NCBI GenBank assembly: GCA_052327205.1
Contig: CM126207.1
Coordinates: 205,468,001-205,532,000, forward strand
Reading direction: 5' to 3'
Length of the DNA: 64,000 nt
Source of the DNA: Somniosus microcephalus
Taxonomy: Eukaryota
Of the stretch, positions 25,226 to 37,792 are shown piece by piece (the stretch's first letter is position 1; the number at the start of each line of letters is the position of its first letter). The position numbers and the translations under genes are program-made. The notes under the pieces were generated by a model. The model was not told the DNA's origin. It did not search any database and saw only the letters and a list, made by a program, of their open reading frames with translations.

Positions 25226-25608
25226 AATGTGTACCTGTTCCTGGGACTAGGGACAGGGTCACTGGCAAGGCTTGGAAGCTAAGCAGAGCCAGGCCTGGTT
25301 AGTACCTGGAGGGGTGACCATCCGGGAAGACCAGGTGCAGAAGGTCACGGAAGGAGCCCCGGAAGGGGCGGCTGGTGAGCAGGCCCGGGCGTTGGGCTGA
25401 AGATTGTTGGACAGGAGGAATGGTGGAAATGGAATGGCGGCGCGCACAGACGCAGCGGCTTTGCTTCTCCCAGGACGGTGCTATTTACGTTTAATGTTAA
25501 TGTTATTTGTACTGGACTCATGGGAGCTTGCAAGATCACATTTCGTTGTTCATGTACTTGTGCATTGTACAATGACAATAAAGTTGAATTATTATTATTA
25601 TTATTATT
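25226..25608 (+). mobile_element. Putative 5S rRNA-derived SINE (SINE3) with Rex1/Babar-like 3' tail
   Basis: 25271-25344 aligns without gaps to vertebrate 5S nt ~44-117 (60/74 by my count against the recalled sequence), including box A and box C. No TTTT inside. Ends tttcgttg..gtacaatgacaataaag..(att)n. Confidence 0.72.
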
Positions 25609-26964
25609 ATCTTTCCGCATTGCCTGCATGCTTTGTCCTTGAACCAGCAGTCCCTCTGGTCATGGGTGGATCTGCCGCAGCGATAACATCTCTCGAAACC
25701 CCGTGTCATTTCATGGGTGCCGAAGTCCTGTGGCTTTTGCTGTATCTCTGCAGCTCCTCTTGCTGCTGCTTCGTATGATACAGCCACACTGAAAGCCTTG
25801 TCCAGTGTCAAATCTTTCTCAGAAAGTAGCCTTTTCTGTGTTCCTTCACTTAGGAGACCGCAGATGAATTTGTCTCGTAGAGAATCTGCCAGTCCTGCCC
25901 CAAATTGGCAGTGCTTTGACAGCTTTCTTAATTCGGTGAGGTAATCAGCGTTACTTTCATTCTTGTGCTGATTCCTCCTGAAGAATTTGAATCGTTCCGC
26001 TATCCGCAGCGGTGTTGGGTTTAAGTGCTCCTGTAGGGTATCAACAATCTCCTTAAAATTCTTGTCCATCGGTTTGGCTGGAGTGATTAAGTTTCGTAAC
26101 AGCCCGTATGTCCTTGCGCCCATCAGATTTAGAAGTACCGATGCCTTTTTATCATCCTCTACTTCATTCGCTGTGCAATATACCTCCACTCTTTCCACAT
26201 ATGTGGTCCAATCCTCTATATCACTATCGAAAGCAGTAATATTGCCAGTCCTTAGGCATCCTGAAAATCAAAAATGGCGTGCCCCGCGCCTTCCTTTCTT
26301 TCCTGCTGAGAAAAAAATGGCGCCTCCCACGCTTTCCTGCCGCTGCTGACAACGCTGTTCTCCGCGGTTTTTATTTACACATTTTTAATAGTTGGAGACT
26401 CGTTCCCGCCGGACTCTCTGGGACTCTTCCGTCCCTCTGCTTGGTCCGAACGCCGACCTGCTTTGCAGCGCCGGCCGTCTCCCGAGTGCTCCACCCTCCG
26501 TCTCTGTTTGCCTCCGCCTTCCGACTTGCTGCTCGGCCCCGCTGCAGAGCCACCCGATCGAGCCCCAGCCCGCCGCCCAGGAAGGATTAGTGCAGTACCT
26601 GCCACCAGCCCGGCTAGCTGGTGAACTCACTTTTTTTTTTGCTTCGACCTTCGTCTGAGGAATCGATCTCCTTGAGGTGCTGCCGAATTGCAGGTAAGTC
26701 CGTTTCCAATTCGTCGCCACTGTTGTATCCGTGTGTTAATGGAGACACGGAATGCAGGAGTTGGTTTAACAGGTGTTTACTGAACAAAGTCTGGAGGTGA
26801 ACTAAAAGATACAAGACGCTATACAGGCTTATATACCCGAGTGGTCACTACCGGTATTACAGTACACAGCGGCTCTTAAAGGTACATACACTACAAGGTC
26901 GAGTGAGAAACCTGGGTGATTTGAACTGCCAGGTAGGAAGTGTTAAAATTGCCCCCTTTCACTT

Positions 26965-27237
26965 AGAACATAAGAAATAGGAGCAGGAATAGGCTACTTG
27001 GCCTCTCGAGCCTGCTCCGCCATTCAGTAAGATCATGGCTGATTTTGGGCTCAAAGCCACTTCCCTGCCTGCTCTCCATAACCCTTCACTCCCTTATCTT
27101 GCAAAAATCTGTCTATCTCCACCTTAAATGTATTTAATGACCCAGCTTCCACAGCTCTCTGGGGCAGAGAATTCCACAAATTTACAACCCTGAAAGAGAA
27201 GAAATTCCTCCTCATCTCAGTTCTAAAAGGGCGACCC
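26965..27237 (-). mobile_element. CR1 3' end fragment
   Basis: MRRNFFSFRVVNLWNSLP followed by the CR1 3'UTR tail. Confidence 0.85.
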
Positions 27238-27409
27238 AATAGATTCCATTGGCTTTACAATGTAATTATTTGAACTAAACATTCATGTGCATCAAGTGGC
27301 AGGAGCTGGTCCAGGATGGCTCCTGGGTTCTGGTAGAGTTCAGATGTCCTGCAGGGGTTGTATTATGCCTTCACTAAAAAAGACGCTGCTGTCAATGTCA
27401 TAGTAAAGG

Positions 27410-28310
27410 AGGAGGTAGAAGAGAAATTGGATAGGATAAAAATAGATAAAGATCGGCAGCGCTCAAAGTAGAAAAGTCACCCGGTCCAGATGGGATGCAT
27501 CCTAGGTTGCTGAGGAAAGTAAAGGGAAATTGCGGCAGCTCTGGCCACAATCTTCCTTAGATATGGGAGTGGTGCCAGACGACTGGAGGAATGCAAATGT
27601 TACATGCCTGTTCAAAAAAACGGCAGAGGGTTAAACCCAGGAATTACAGGCCAATCAGCTGGTGGTGTGGAAACTTTTAAAGAAATTAATTTGGGAAAAA
27701 ATTAATTGGCACTTGGAAAAATATGGGTTAATAATGAAAGCCAGCATGGATTTGTTAAAGGCAAATGGTATTTGACTAACTTGATTGATTGATTTCTTTG
27801 AAGTAACGGAGAGTGTCGATGAGGGTAGTGCGGTTGATGTGTATATGGACTTTCAGGAGTGGTTTTGTTTGATAAAGTACCACATAATACACTTGTTAGC
27901 AAAATTGTACCCCACGAGATTAAAGGGGCAGTGGCTGCGTGGATAAGAAATTGGCTATGGGACAGTAAGCAAAGAATAGTGGTGAATGGTTGTTTTTACA
28001 GACTGGAGGAAAGTGTGCAGTGGTGACCCCCAGGGATCGGTGTTGGGATCACTGCTCTTTTTGAAAGACTTCCATTAATATAGCGCCTTTCATGACCCAA
28101 AGTGCTTTACAGGCAATGAAGCACTTTTGGAGTGTAGTCACTGTTGTAATGTGGGATTTTTGATATATATTAATGATCTGGACTTGGACATACAGGGTAT
28201 ATCTTCAAAGTTTGCAGATGACATGAAACTCTGAAATGTAGTAAATAGTGAGGAGGATAGTAGCAGACTTCTGGAGGACATAGACAGACTGGTGAAATGG
28301 GCCGACACAT
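27410..28310 (+). mobile_element. Degraded CR1 RT fragment with a short SINE/L2-tail insert at ~28077-28155
   Basis: KSPGPDGMHPR-like, SQHGFVKG, PQGSVLG and KFADDMK motifs. The insert tatagcgcctt..aaagtgctttaca resembles 1714-1752. Confidence 0.7.
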
Positions 28311-29989
28311 GCTTGATTGTATTATGATTTTCTAAATGTCCTGCTACTACTTCCTTAATAAGGGATTCCAGCATTTTCCCAATGACAGATGTTAGGCTAA
28401 CTGGCCTATAGTTTCCTGCTTTCTGTCTCCCTCCTTTCTTGAATAGAGGTGTTAGAGTTGCGGTTTTCCAATTCACTGGGACCTTTCTAGAGTCTAGGGA
28501 ATTTTGGAAGATTACAACCAATGAATCCACTATCTCTGCAGCCACTTCTTTTAAGACCCTAGGATGCAGGCCATCAGATCCAGGGGACTTGTCAGCCATT
28601 AGTCCCATTAGTTTACCTAGTACTTTTTCTCCAGTGATAGTGATTATTTTAAGTTCCTCCCTCCCTTTAGTGCCTTGATTTTCCATTATTATTGGGAGGG
28701 TTTTTGTGTCTTCCACCGTGAAGATGGATACAAAATATTTGTTGAAAGTCTCTGCCATTTCCTCGTTTCCCGATTATTAATTCCCCAGTCTCATCCTCTA
28801 AGGGACCAACATTTACTTTAGCTGCTCTCTACCTTTTTATATACTTGTAGAAGCTCTTACTATTTGTTGTTTTTATATTTCTTGCTAGTTTACTCTCAAT
28901 CTGTTTTCTCCCTCTTTATTGAATACACCCTATGAACTCGTCCTGAAGGCTACTTTTGTCAATTTGATTTGTCCAATCTATATGAAGATTAAAATCGCCC
29001 ATGATTATTGCAGTAGCTTTCTTGCATGCCCCCATTATTTCTTGATTTATACCCTGTCCCACAGTGTAGCTACTGTTAGGGGGCCTATAGACTACTCCCA
29101 CCAGTGACTTCTTTCCCTTATTTCTTATCTCCACCCAAACTGATTCTACATCTTGATCTTCCGAGCCAGGAGCATTTCTCACTACTGTACTGATCTCATC
29201 CTTTATTAACAGAGCTACCCCACCTCCTTTTCCTTTCTGCCTAAACCTTCCGAAATGTTATAAATCCCTGAATATTCAGTTCCCAGCCTTGGTCATCTTG
29301 CAACTACGGGGTCGATTTTCCTGGAGCCGTCAGGCGGGGTTTCAGGCGTGTGGGGTGGGGGGAATCGCAAAAATAGGGGGTCGCGACCCCCCCGCCTGAT
29401 TCCCCGCCCCGTCCGACTTTCACCCCGGCGTTTCAATCCGACCCGAATCAGTCCTGCCCGCAGCAGGCGGGACTGGTCGTCGGGAGCCTAATCACCAATA
29501 ATTGGCATCTATAATGCCATTTTAAGGGACCCTTGCTATTTTCAGCCTTTTCCCACACTAAACACGCCTGGTGGGAACCCCGCTGATGAAACCTGGCGTG
29601 AACAATATCTGATTGCTTACTAGCAGCTGCAGGTCCATCAGGAAAGAAGATATTTAATCAGACAGCATTTGTAGGTTGCAGGACCTTGCGGATTCAGGCT
29701 TGGGGCAACTTGCTCCAGGCTTAGGCACAGCTGTGGAAGGTTGGAGCCTCACACACTTCTCCAATGTGAGCTCCTGGGAAGCCCCTCTTGGCGCCCTCAC
29801 TGAGCGCTTCCTCAACGGAGGCATCTACCAGAAGCATGGGAGGCCTTTTTTTCCTTCCCTTCTTGCCATTAGAGGATCTCCAGCAGCAGAACCAGGAACA
29901 GCAGCATCAGCAACAGGAGCGCCAGGCTGCTGCTCACTCACCTGAAGTTGCACAGGGCAGAATGTGCCAGCGCTTGGAAGTGGCTTGAG

Positions 29990-32900
29990 AGCACCTTGCT
30001 GCACATCAGGGGACCATGGGGACCTGTATCTGCACTGGCGGTCCTACTCAGAAGGACTTCCATGAAGGTCTGGTTTCTCTGTTCAATAGATGCCCATCGC
30101 TCCTCAAGAGATGTCATTCTATTATGAACACTCACCATGTTTTCCATACCCTGGCGACTTATCTCCTCCATGGAAGTTGCCAACCTTTCCATGGTGATGC
30201 GTTCATGTGCCAATAGAAACATAGAAGATAGGAGCAGGAGTAGGCCACTCGGCCCCTCGAGCCTGCTCCGCCATTCAATGAGATCATGGCTGATCATCCA
30301 AATTCAGTACCCTGTCCCTGCCTTCTCCCCATATCCCTTGATCCCTTTAGCCTTAAGAAATATATCCAACTCCTTCTTGAATATATTTAATGAACTGGCC
30401 TCCACCGCCCTCTGTGGCAGAGAATTCCACAGGTTCACCACTCTCTGGGTGAAGAAATTCCTCCTCATCTCAGTCCTAAATGGCTTACCCCTTATCCTTA
30501 GACTATGACCCCTGGTTCTGGACTCCCCGGTCATCGGGAACATCCTTCCTGCATCTAGTCTGTCCAGGCCTGACAGAATTTTACAGGTTTCGACGAGATC
30601 CCCTCTCAATCTTCTAAACTCCAGTGAGTATAAGCCCAATCGACACAATCTCTCCTCATACGTCATTCCTGCCATCCCAGGTATCAGCCTGGTGAATCTT
30701 CGCTGCACTCCTTCCATGGCAAGAACATCCTTTCTCAGATGAGGCGACCAAAACTGCACACAATACTCAAGGTGCGGTCTCACCAAGGCCCTGCACAACT
30801 GCAGCAAGACATCCTTGTTCCTGTACTCGAACCCTCTTGCTACGAAGGCCAACATACCATTTGCCTTCTTAACCGCCTGCTGCACCTGCATGCTTACCTT
30901 CACTGACTGGTGCACAAGAACACCCAGGTCTCTTTGCACTTCCCCTTCTCCCAATCTATTGCCATTCAAATAATAATCTGCCTTCCTGTTTTTGCCACCA
31001 AAGTGGATAACCTCACATTTATCCACATTATAGTGCATTTGCCATGTTTCTGCCCAATCACCTAACCTGTCCAAATCATACTGGAGTTTCACAACATCCT
31101 CCTCACAGCATACCCTCCCACCCAGCTTTGTGTCGTCTGCAAATTTGGAGATATTACATCCAATTCCCTCGTCCAGATCATTTAATATATATTGCGAACA
31201 GCTGGGGTCCTAGGACCGATCCTTGCGGTACCCCACTAGTCACTGCCTGCCACTCGGAAAACGACCCGTTTATTCCAACTCTTTGCTTTCTATCTGCCAA
31301 CCAGTTCTCTATCCAAGTCAATACCTTGCCCCCAATCCCATGTGCCTTAATTTTGCACGCTAATCTCTTATGCGGGACCTTATCGAAAGCCTTCTGAAAG
31401 TCCAAATACACCACATCCACTGGTTCTCCCTTATCTATTTTACCAGTTACATCCTCAAAAAATTCCAGTAGATTAGTCAAGCACGATTTACCTTTTGTAA
31501 ATCCATGTTGACTTTGTCCGATCCTGTCACTGCTTTCCAAGTGCTCTGCTGTTACATCTTTTATAATGGACTCTAGCATTTTCCCCACTACCCATGTCAG
31601 GCTTACTGGTCTATAATTCCCCGCTTTTTCTCTACCACCTTTTTTGAATAGTGGGGTAACATTAGCTACCCTCCAATCCATGGGTACTGTTCCAGAGTCT
31701 ATCGAGTTCTGGAAGATGACCAGCAATGCATCTACTTTCTCCAGGGCCACTTCCTTAAGTACCCTAGGATATAGATTATCAGGCCCTGGGGATTTATCGG
31801 CCTTCAATCCCGTCAAATTCCCCAACACCATTTCCCTACAAATACTGATTTCTTTCAGTTCCTCCCTCTCATCAGACCCTATGTTCCCCGACATCTCTGG
31901 GAGGTTATTTGTGTCCTCCTTTGTGAAGACAGAACCAAAATATGTATTTAATTGGTCAGCCATTTCTTTGTTCCCCATTATAAATTCCCCTGATTCTGAC
32001 TGTAAGGGGCCTACGCTTGACTTCACCAATCTTTTTCTCGTCACATATCTATAAAAGCTTTTACAGTCAGTTTTTATGTTCCCTGCAAGCTTACTTTCAT
32101 CTATTTTCCCCGTCTTAATTAACCCCTTTGTCCTCCTTTGCTGAATCCTAAACTGCTCCCAATCCTCAGGTTTGCTGCTTTTTTTGGCCAATTTATATGT
32201 CCTCTCCTTGGATCTTATGCTATCCCTAATTTCCCTTGTTAGCCACGGTTGAGTCACCTTTTTTGATTTATTTTTATGCCAAACTAGGATAAACAAATTC
32301 TGCAGTTCATCCATGCGATCTTTGAATGTTTGCCATTGCCTATGCACTGTCAACCCTTTGAGTGACATTCCCCAATCAATCCTACCCAACTCGCGTCTCA
32401 TACCATCATAGTTCCCTTTATTTAAGTTCAGGACCTTGGTCTCTGAGTCAACTACTTCACTCTCCATCTTAATGAAGAATTCTATCATATTATCGCTCCG
32501 ACCCAAGGGGCCTTGCACAATAAGATTGCTAATTAATCCTTTCTCATTGCATAATACCTAGTCTAAGATGGCCTGATCCCTAGTTGGTTCCTCGACATAT
32601 TGGTCCAGGAAACCATCCCGTATACACTCCAGGAATTCCTCCTCCACAGTATTGTTACTAATTTGGTTAGCCCAATCTATATGTAGATTGAAGTCACCCA
32701 TGATGACTGCTGTGCCCTTATTGCACTCTTCTCTAATTTCCCTTTTAATGCCATCTCCAACCTCTGCATTACTGTTTGGGGGTCTACCACTCCCACTAAC
32801 GTTTTCTGCCCTTTGGTATTTCTCAGTTCTACCCATACAGATTCCACATCATCAGAGCTAATATCTTTCCTTACAATTGTGTTAATCCCCTCTTTAACCA

Positions 32901-34901
32901 GCAATGCTACCCCACCTCCTTTTCCTTTTTGCCTATCTTTCCTGAATATTGAATACCCCTGGATGTTGAGTTCCCAGCCTTGGTCCCCCTGGAGCCATGT
33001 TTCCGTTAACCCAATCATATATATATTCATTTACCTCTATTTGCGCTGCTAATTCATCCACCTTATTACGAATGCTCCTTGCATTAAGCCTTCAGGCTTG
33101 TTTTTTTAACGCTCTTAGACCTTTTAGAATTATTATTTACTGTGGCCATGTTTGTTTTAAACCCTTGATTTCTCTGATTGACACCTTTTTGTTTTTCTCC
33201 TTCCTGTCTTTTGCTTCTATCCTTGTTTCCCTTTCCTTTGTCTCCCTGCTCAGGTTCCCAACCCCCTGCCATTTTAGTTTAAACCCTCCCCCACAGCACT
33301 AGCAAACACTCGCCCAAGGACATCGGTCCCGGTCCTGCCCAGGTGCAGACCGTCCGGTTTGTATTGGTCCCACCTCCCCCAGAACCGGTTCCAATGTCCT
33401 AGGAATTTGAATCCCTCCCCCTTGCACCATTCCTCTAGCCACGTATTCATTTGAAGTATCCTTCTATTTCTACTCTGACTAGCACGTGGCACTGGTAGCA
33501 ATCCTGAGATTACTACCTTTGAGGTCCTATTTTTTAATTACTCCGCAAAGGCTCTGCTCATCTTCGCTATGGACTCCTCCATTCGCTGCACACTCGCAGC
33601 GACCCTGGAGACAAACCCTGCCAGAGACTCCTGCATCTGTGCATGGAGATCCATCACCTCTTCTCTTGCGGATGGACCCAGAGGCAGAGGGTCGACATGC
33701 AGCTGAGCTGAGCTGGCAGAGTCCTGCGCCCTCCGACGAGGACTCTCCACTGCTGTCCCTGTCTCCACAATCTGCTGATGCTCACTTGTGAGCTGTGAAA
33801 AACCAGGTGACAACACTACTCTATGTCCCGAAGGTCCCCCCGAGGTGTGAGCATCTGCGCTGGTGCAGGGTGCTCTTACTTGTGCTGACGCTGCGCCCTC
33901 AGAGGTTGGAGCTTCCTCTGAGGAGTCCGGCTGCACAGCCTCTTCCTCCTCCACAGTGGGGGCGGGGGCTCTGGATGGTCCTGTAGGGGAGTCAAGGAAG
34001 GAGTTGAAGATGTGATGCCAAGGTTACATGCACATTGGATTTTGCAGATGTTCATAAGTCCAAATGATGTTGCTTCAGATTCATAACAGCGACTCATGCT
34101 ATGCCAATGAGAGAGATGGAAAACTACGCTGTCACCAGCTTGCGGGACTGCCCCCGTCTCTCCTTCCCCAACTTCCGGAGCCACATCAGCCCCGACAACT
34201 TCCAGCAATCCTTCCTCCCAGGGGCTCAGGTGGGCTATTGAGGGTGGGCCTCCTCCAGTCCTGGCTCGCTCTCTCTTGTGAGCTCTCTTTTCCTGCAATG
34301 AGGGAGACAAGTGGAGTTTGAGTGAGAATGAAGGAGTGAGTGTAGAGATTGCATAGCATAGATACTTAGGGGGAGACAAAGATGGTGTGAGGCTACAAGA
34401 CCAAGGGCCCTCCCTGTGTGTTGTCAGTTGTGCTCAAAGCATCAGAGTGAGAGGGAGTGTGAGGGCTGCATGGTGGAATAGTTATTTGAATATGAGCATA
34501 GAGAGAGAGAGGGAATGGGTAAGGGTGCATGGATGTGACTGTGAAGTGGGATGAGGAAGAAGAGAGTGCTGAAGCTGAGTGCTGTTGGGGAAAGGCAATG
34601 GGGATCAGATTGAGGGTGTTGGAAACTTCATACTTACTTTTGCTGTACGGTGAAGGTCATGGAATCGTTTCAGACACTGTATCGAGGTTCCTCTGGTCAC
34701 TTCCAGTGAGTTGACATCTGCTGACACCTGCATTCATGCAGCCTTGGTCTCAGTGGGAGGCCTCTTCTTCCCTGGCCTAGGGAAGAGGACCTCCTTATGG
34801 GCCCTAACCCCATCCAATAATGCCTTCTGTGAAGCCTCGTCAAATTTGGAGGCAGCTCGGTGTCTGGCACTGGCCACAGCTGCTTCAGGCTCCTCTGCCA
34901 T
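29990..34901 (-). pseudogene. Harbinger Myb/SANT-like accessory gene, three exons, disrupted
   Basis: Exon 1 34901-34638 (KFDEASQKALLDGV..QCLKRFHDL|gtaagt, with an internal stop). Exon 2 34292-34136 (RERARTGGGPP). Exon 3 starts at 33980, is interrupted by a CR1 and resumes at ~30213. Confidence 0.8.
30214..33539 (-). mobile_element. CR1 family A: ORF1 C-terminus plus near-complete ORF2
   Basis: ORF1 SGNH tail (DGLHL) at 33274-33501; APE (GLTETW, MGDFN); RT at 31178-32518; C-terminus at 30304-31092; tail ttctatgtttcta. Confidence 0.95.
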
Positions 34902-36109
34902 CCTGTATGGTTCGTTTGGAAGCCTGCAGAGGAACCAATGCTTGCTGTGGACCTTGAAAGCACCACGAATGATGACATCATACTGTGGGGCTTTCTGACT
35001 GGAAATAGTCAATTAGCAAGGGTTCCCACACGCTGGAAATGAATTGGCCAATTGAAGGAAAATTGCATCCAGCTGGCAGACCCACTTAGATTCATGTGGG
35101 AACACCGACATTCGGGGAACCCGACAATTCCCCGCACCTGCGGGAAAATCGGCCCCTACGTCTCTGTAATGGCCATCAGATCATACCCATTTGTTTCTAT
35201 TTGTGCTGTCAATTCATCTATCGTGTTACGAATGCTGCGTGCATTCAGATAAAGAGCCTTTAATTTTGTCTTTTTACCATTTTTCCCTACTCTGACCCTA
35301 TTTGCTGGTGCACTCTTGTGCTTGTACGCTCTGTCCCTTCCTGTCACACTCTGGTTATCATTACCCCTATTGCTACCCTGCACTATTGCCTTGTCTTTTC
35401 TCTTTAACTTTCTAATTTTCCTCTCACCTGAACCCTGCCCCCCCACTATTTAGTTTAAAGCCCTATCTACAGCCCTAGTTATTGGATTCGCCAGGACACT
35501 GGTCCCAGCATAGTTCAAATGAAGTCCGTCCCAGCCGAACAGCATCCTCTTTTCCCCAGTACTGGTGCCAGTGCCCCATGAATCAAAACCCATTTCTCCC
35601 ACACCAATCCTTGAGCCACGCATTCAACTCTCTGATCTTATTGACCCTTTGCCAATTTGCTCGTGGCTCGTGTAGTAATCCAGAGATTATTACCTTTGTG
35701 GTTCTGCTTTTTAATTTAGCCCCTAGCTGCTCATACTCCCTCAGCAGAACCTCTTTCTTAGTCCTACCTATGTCGTTGGTACCTACGTGGACCACGACAT
35801 CTGGATCCTTCCCCTCCCACTCCACGTTCCTCTCCAGCCCCGAGGAGATGTCCTTAACCCTGGCAGGCAACACAGCCTTCGGGAGTCACGCTCCCAGCTG
35901 CAGAGAACAGTATCTATCCCCCTAACTATACTGTCCCCTACCACTACTACATTCCTTTTTACTCCCCCAACTTGAATGCCCCATTTGTACCACGGTGCAG
36001 TGGTCAGTTTGCTCATCCTCCCTGCAGTCTCTGCTCTCGTCCACACAGACTACAAGAACCTCATACCTGTTGGACAAGTGCAAGGGCTGAGGCTCCTCCA
36101 ATGCTACCT

Positions 36110-36540
36110 TGAAGGATGATAGACTTCAGTTATGTGGAGAGACAGGAGAAACTGTGTTTGTTCTCTAGAGCAGAGAAGGTTAAAGAGAGATTTGATAGAT
36201 GTGTTGAAACTCGTGAATGGTTTTGACAGAGCAAATAAGGAGAAACTGTTTCCAGTGGCAGAAGGGTAACCAGATGACACAGATTTAAGGTAATTGACAA
36301 AAGAACCAGAGGTGACATGAAGGGAAAAAAATTACGCAGTGAATGGTTATGATCTGGAAAATGTGGTAGCAGCAGCTTAACAATAACTTCCAAAAGGGAA
36401 TTGAATAAATACTTGAAATGGGAACATTGTAGGGTTATGGGGAAAGAGCAGGGCAGTGGGACTAATTGGATAACTCTCTTAAAGAGCCAGCACGATGGGC
36501 CTCATGGCCTCATTCTGTGCTGTATCATTCTATGATTCGA
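36110..36540 (+). mobile_element. Degraded CR1 3' end
   Basis: agagcagagaaggttaagagagattt.. coding remnant and tail tctgtgctgtatcattctatgattc. Confidence 0.7.
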
Positions 36541-37244
36541 TGATGCTATTTAATCGTAGGCCAGGGAGACTGTGCTAGCAAGAGACAAGTATGCAGTCAA
36601 CTCAGTGCCAGGAATGATCCTGTCAGAATTATTATGCACTGCAGAGTTTTATGTATTAAACATTACTCATTGAGCTTGTAAGGAGAAAGTTAACCACCCA
36701 CTCACTGCACTCTAGTTTCACAGTCAGGGCAACTGCAGGCATCCACTGCCAAACGAGTTTTAGAAACCTATCTGATTGTTCCATGGACATGGGGAAGATA
36801 CACTTTTTGTAGTTCTCCCTAAATCTTAATAAGGAAAGAAGTTGCCATGGATGTAGCAGTTCAACCTTTGCTAAGAATTGTAATTAAGAGTTTGAGACGG
36901 GGATGATTTTTTGTTGGAACATGCACGACTTGAGATGGATGAAGAACAATTTAAGCTGCACTGGGGACAATGATGGTCTGAAGAGATTCATTAGGCTGCA
37001 GGCAGCCTTAGAAATGAGAAAATGCCTACCTTTCTATTCTGCTGTTTCCTTGCACTTGAGAAAAGATGGGCCCAACTCCGGATATTTCCAGGTACCTTGT
37101 GATGTGATAGTGTACTGTACTGTCTTGTGAGTATAAGATTGTAACTGTCAATAGTTGCTTTTGGCTAGGTAGAGGATTCCATAATGTACATTTATCTGCT
37201 TTTCTAAACAAGACAAATCCCATAGGTTCTTTTGTTGAACATTT

Positions 37245-37792
37245 GGGCGTGAAATTTGGTTATGCCCCGGCGAGGATGCGGAACGCTATCTCGGGCGCGC
37301 CACTTCCTCTCGGGGTAGTGTCGGGGGCATAAATTGTGGTAGCGCCGGAGTGCTCCACTTAGCGCTGACGCGTTTCACCGCACCTCCCCTTCCGTTAAAG
37401 GGGAGGGACGCTGTGAGCTTTGCAGGGCCTCCGATGGCCCACACTATCCCACCAGGGTGGCGTGGCCGAGATGCGGTGCTGAGCTGCACGATGGCGGCCA
37501 CAGACCACACCACGGGCCAATCTGGAGGCTGGCAAAAAAAAAAATGGTGGCGTGGATCATGGCCACACCTCGCTTTAAGTACCGCCCCACGAGCGGAGGT
37601 CGGCCCGGCTCACAGCCCAGCTCGCAACCCGCGAGGCTGGCGCTGACCCTGCTCATGCCAACCTTGTGGGGCGCAGCCGAATTTCTGCCGCGGGGCGCTA
37701 AGGTGTCAAGGCGCTATCGGCTAGCCCTTTGTACCCCATTAGCGCCCCCGGAGGCACTAATGGCAGGCGCAAAGGAGCCGAATTTCGCGGCC
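37245..37792. mobile_element. GC/CpG-rich MITE (Harbinger-like termini)
   Basis: Imperfect TIR gggcgtgaaatttgg / ccgaatttcgcggcc (12/15). Forms a sharp GC island in an AT-rich intron. Confidence 0.6.

Larger units (their letters stand above)
21728..26259 (-). pseudogene. Gypsy gag-pol, frameshifted and interrupted by SINEs
   Basis: ORF pieces 25536-26198, 24311-25096, 24041-24307, 23732-23947, 23257-23748, 22824-23309, 22399-22941 and 21728-22264. Confidence 0.92.
21458..26895 (-). mobile_element. Gypsy (Mag-like) LTR retrotransposon, full length, decayed
   Basis: LTRs 21458-21632 and 26721-26895 (175 bp, 2 substitutions seen), TSD AGGTC, PBS TGGCGACGA, PPT aaaaggggaggaat. Gag with CCHC knuckles, PR (LDTGS), RT (YLDD), RH (CDASPYGVGAVL), IN (H..H..C, IDFAGP, SDNG). 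Confidence 0.96.
20963..26956. mobile_element. Probable Harbinger-type MITE split by the Gypsy insertion
   Basis: Imperfect ends agccccaatttcaac ... gttaaaattgccccc. Shares gggatattttaa and a similar terminus with the Harbinger end at 47546. Confidence 0.45.
29308..35156. mobile_element. PIF/Harbinger DNA transposon, internally deleted
   Basis: TIR ggggtcgattttcc / ggaaaatcggcccc (13/14) and 3-bp TSD TAC (29305-07 / 35157-59). Carries a spliced Myb/SANT gene and a probable transposase N-terminal stub at 29836 (+). Confidence 0.88.
28311..36108 (-). mobile_element. CR1 family B (ORF1 esterase + APE + part of RT), split by a Harbinger insertion
   Basis: Pieces 28311-29304 and 35160-36108 rejoin across the TAC TSD. 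VVVGDSIVRG and VHVGTND (SGNH), LNARSI, AITET. Matches 40877-44977 in inverse orientation. Confidence 0.88.

Noticed and set aside
25271-25344. Functional 5S rRNA gene
   Set aside because: The first ~43 nt do not match 5S, there is no T-run terminator or tandem array, and it lies within a retroposed insert.
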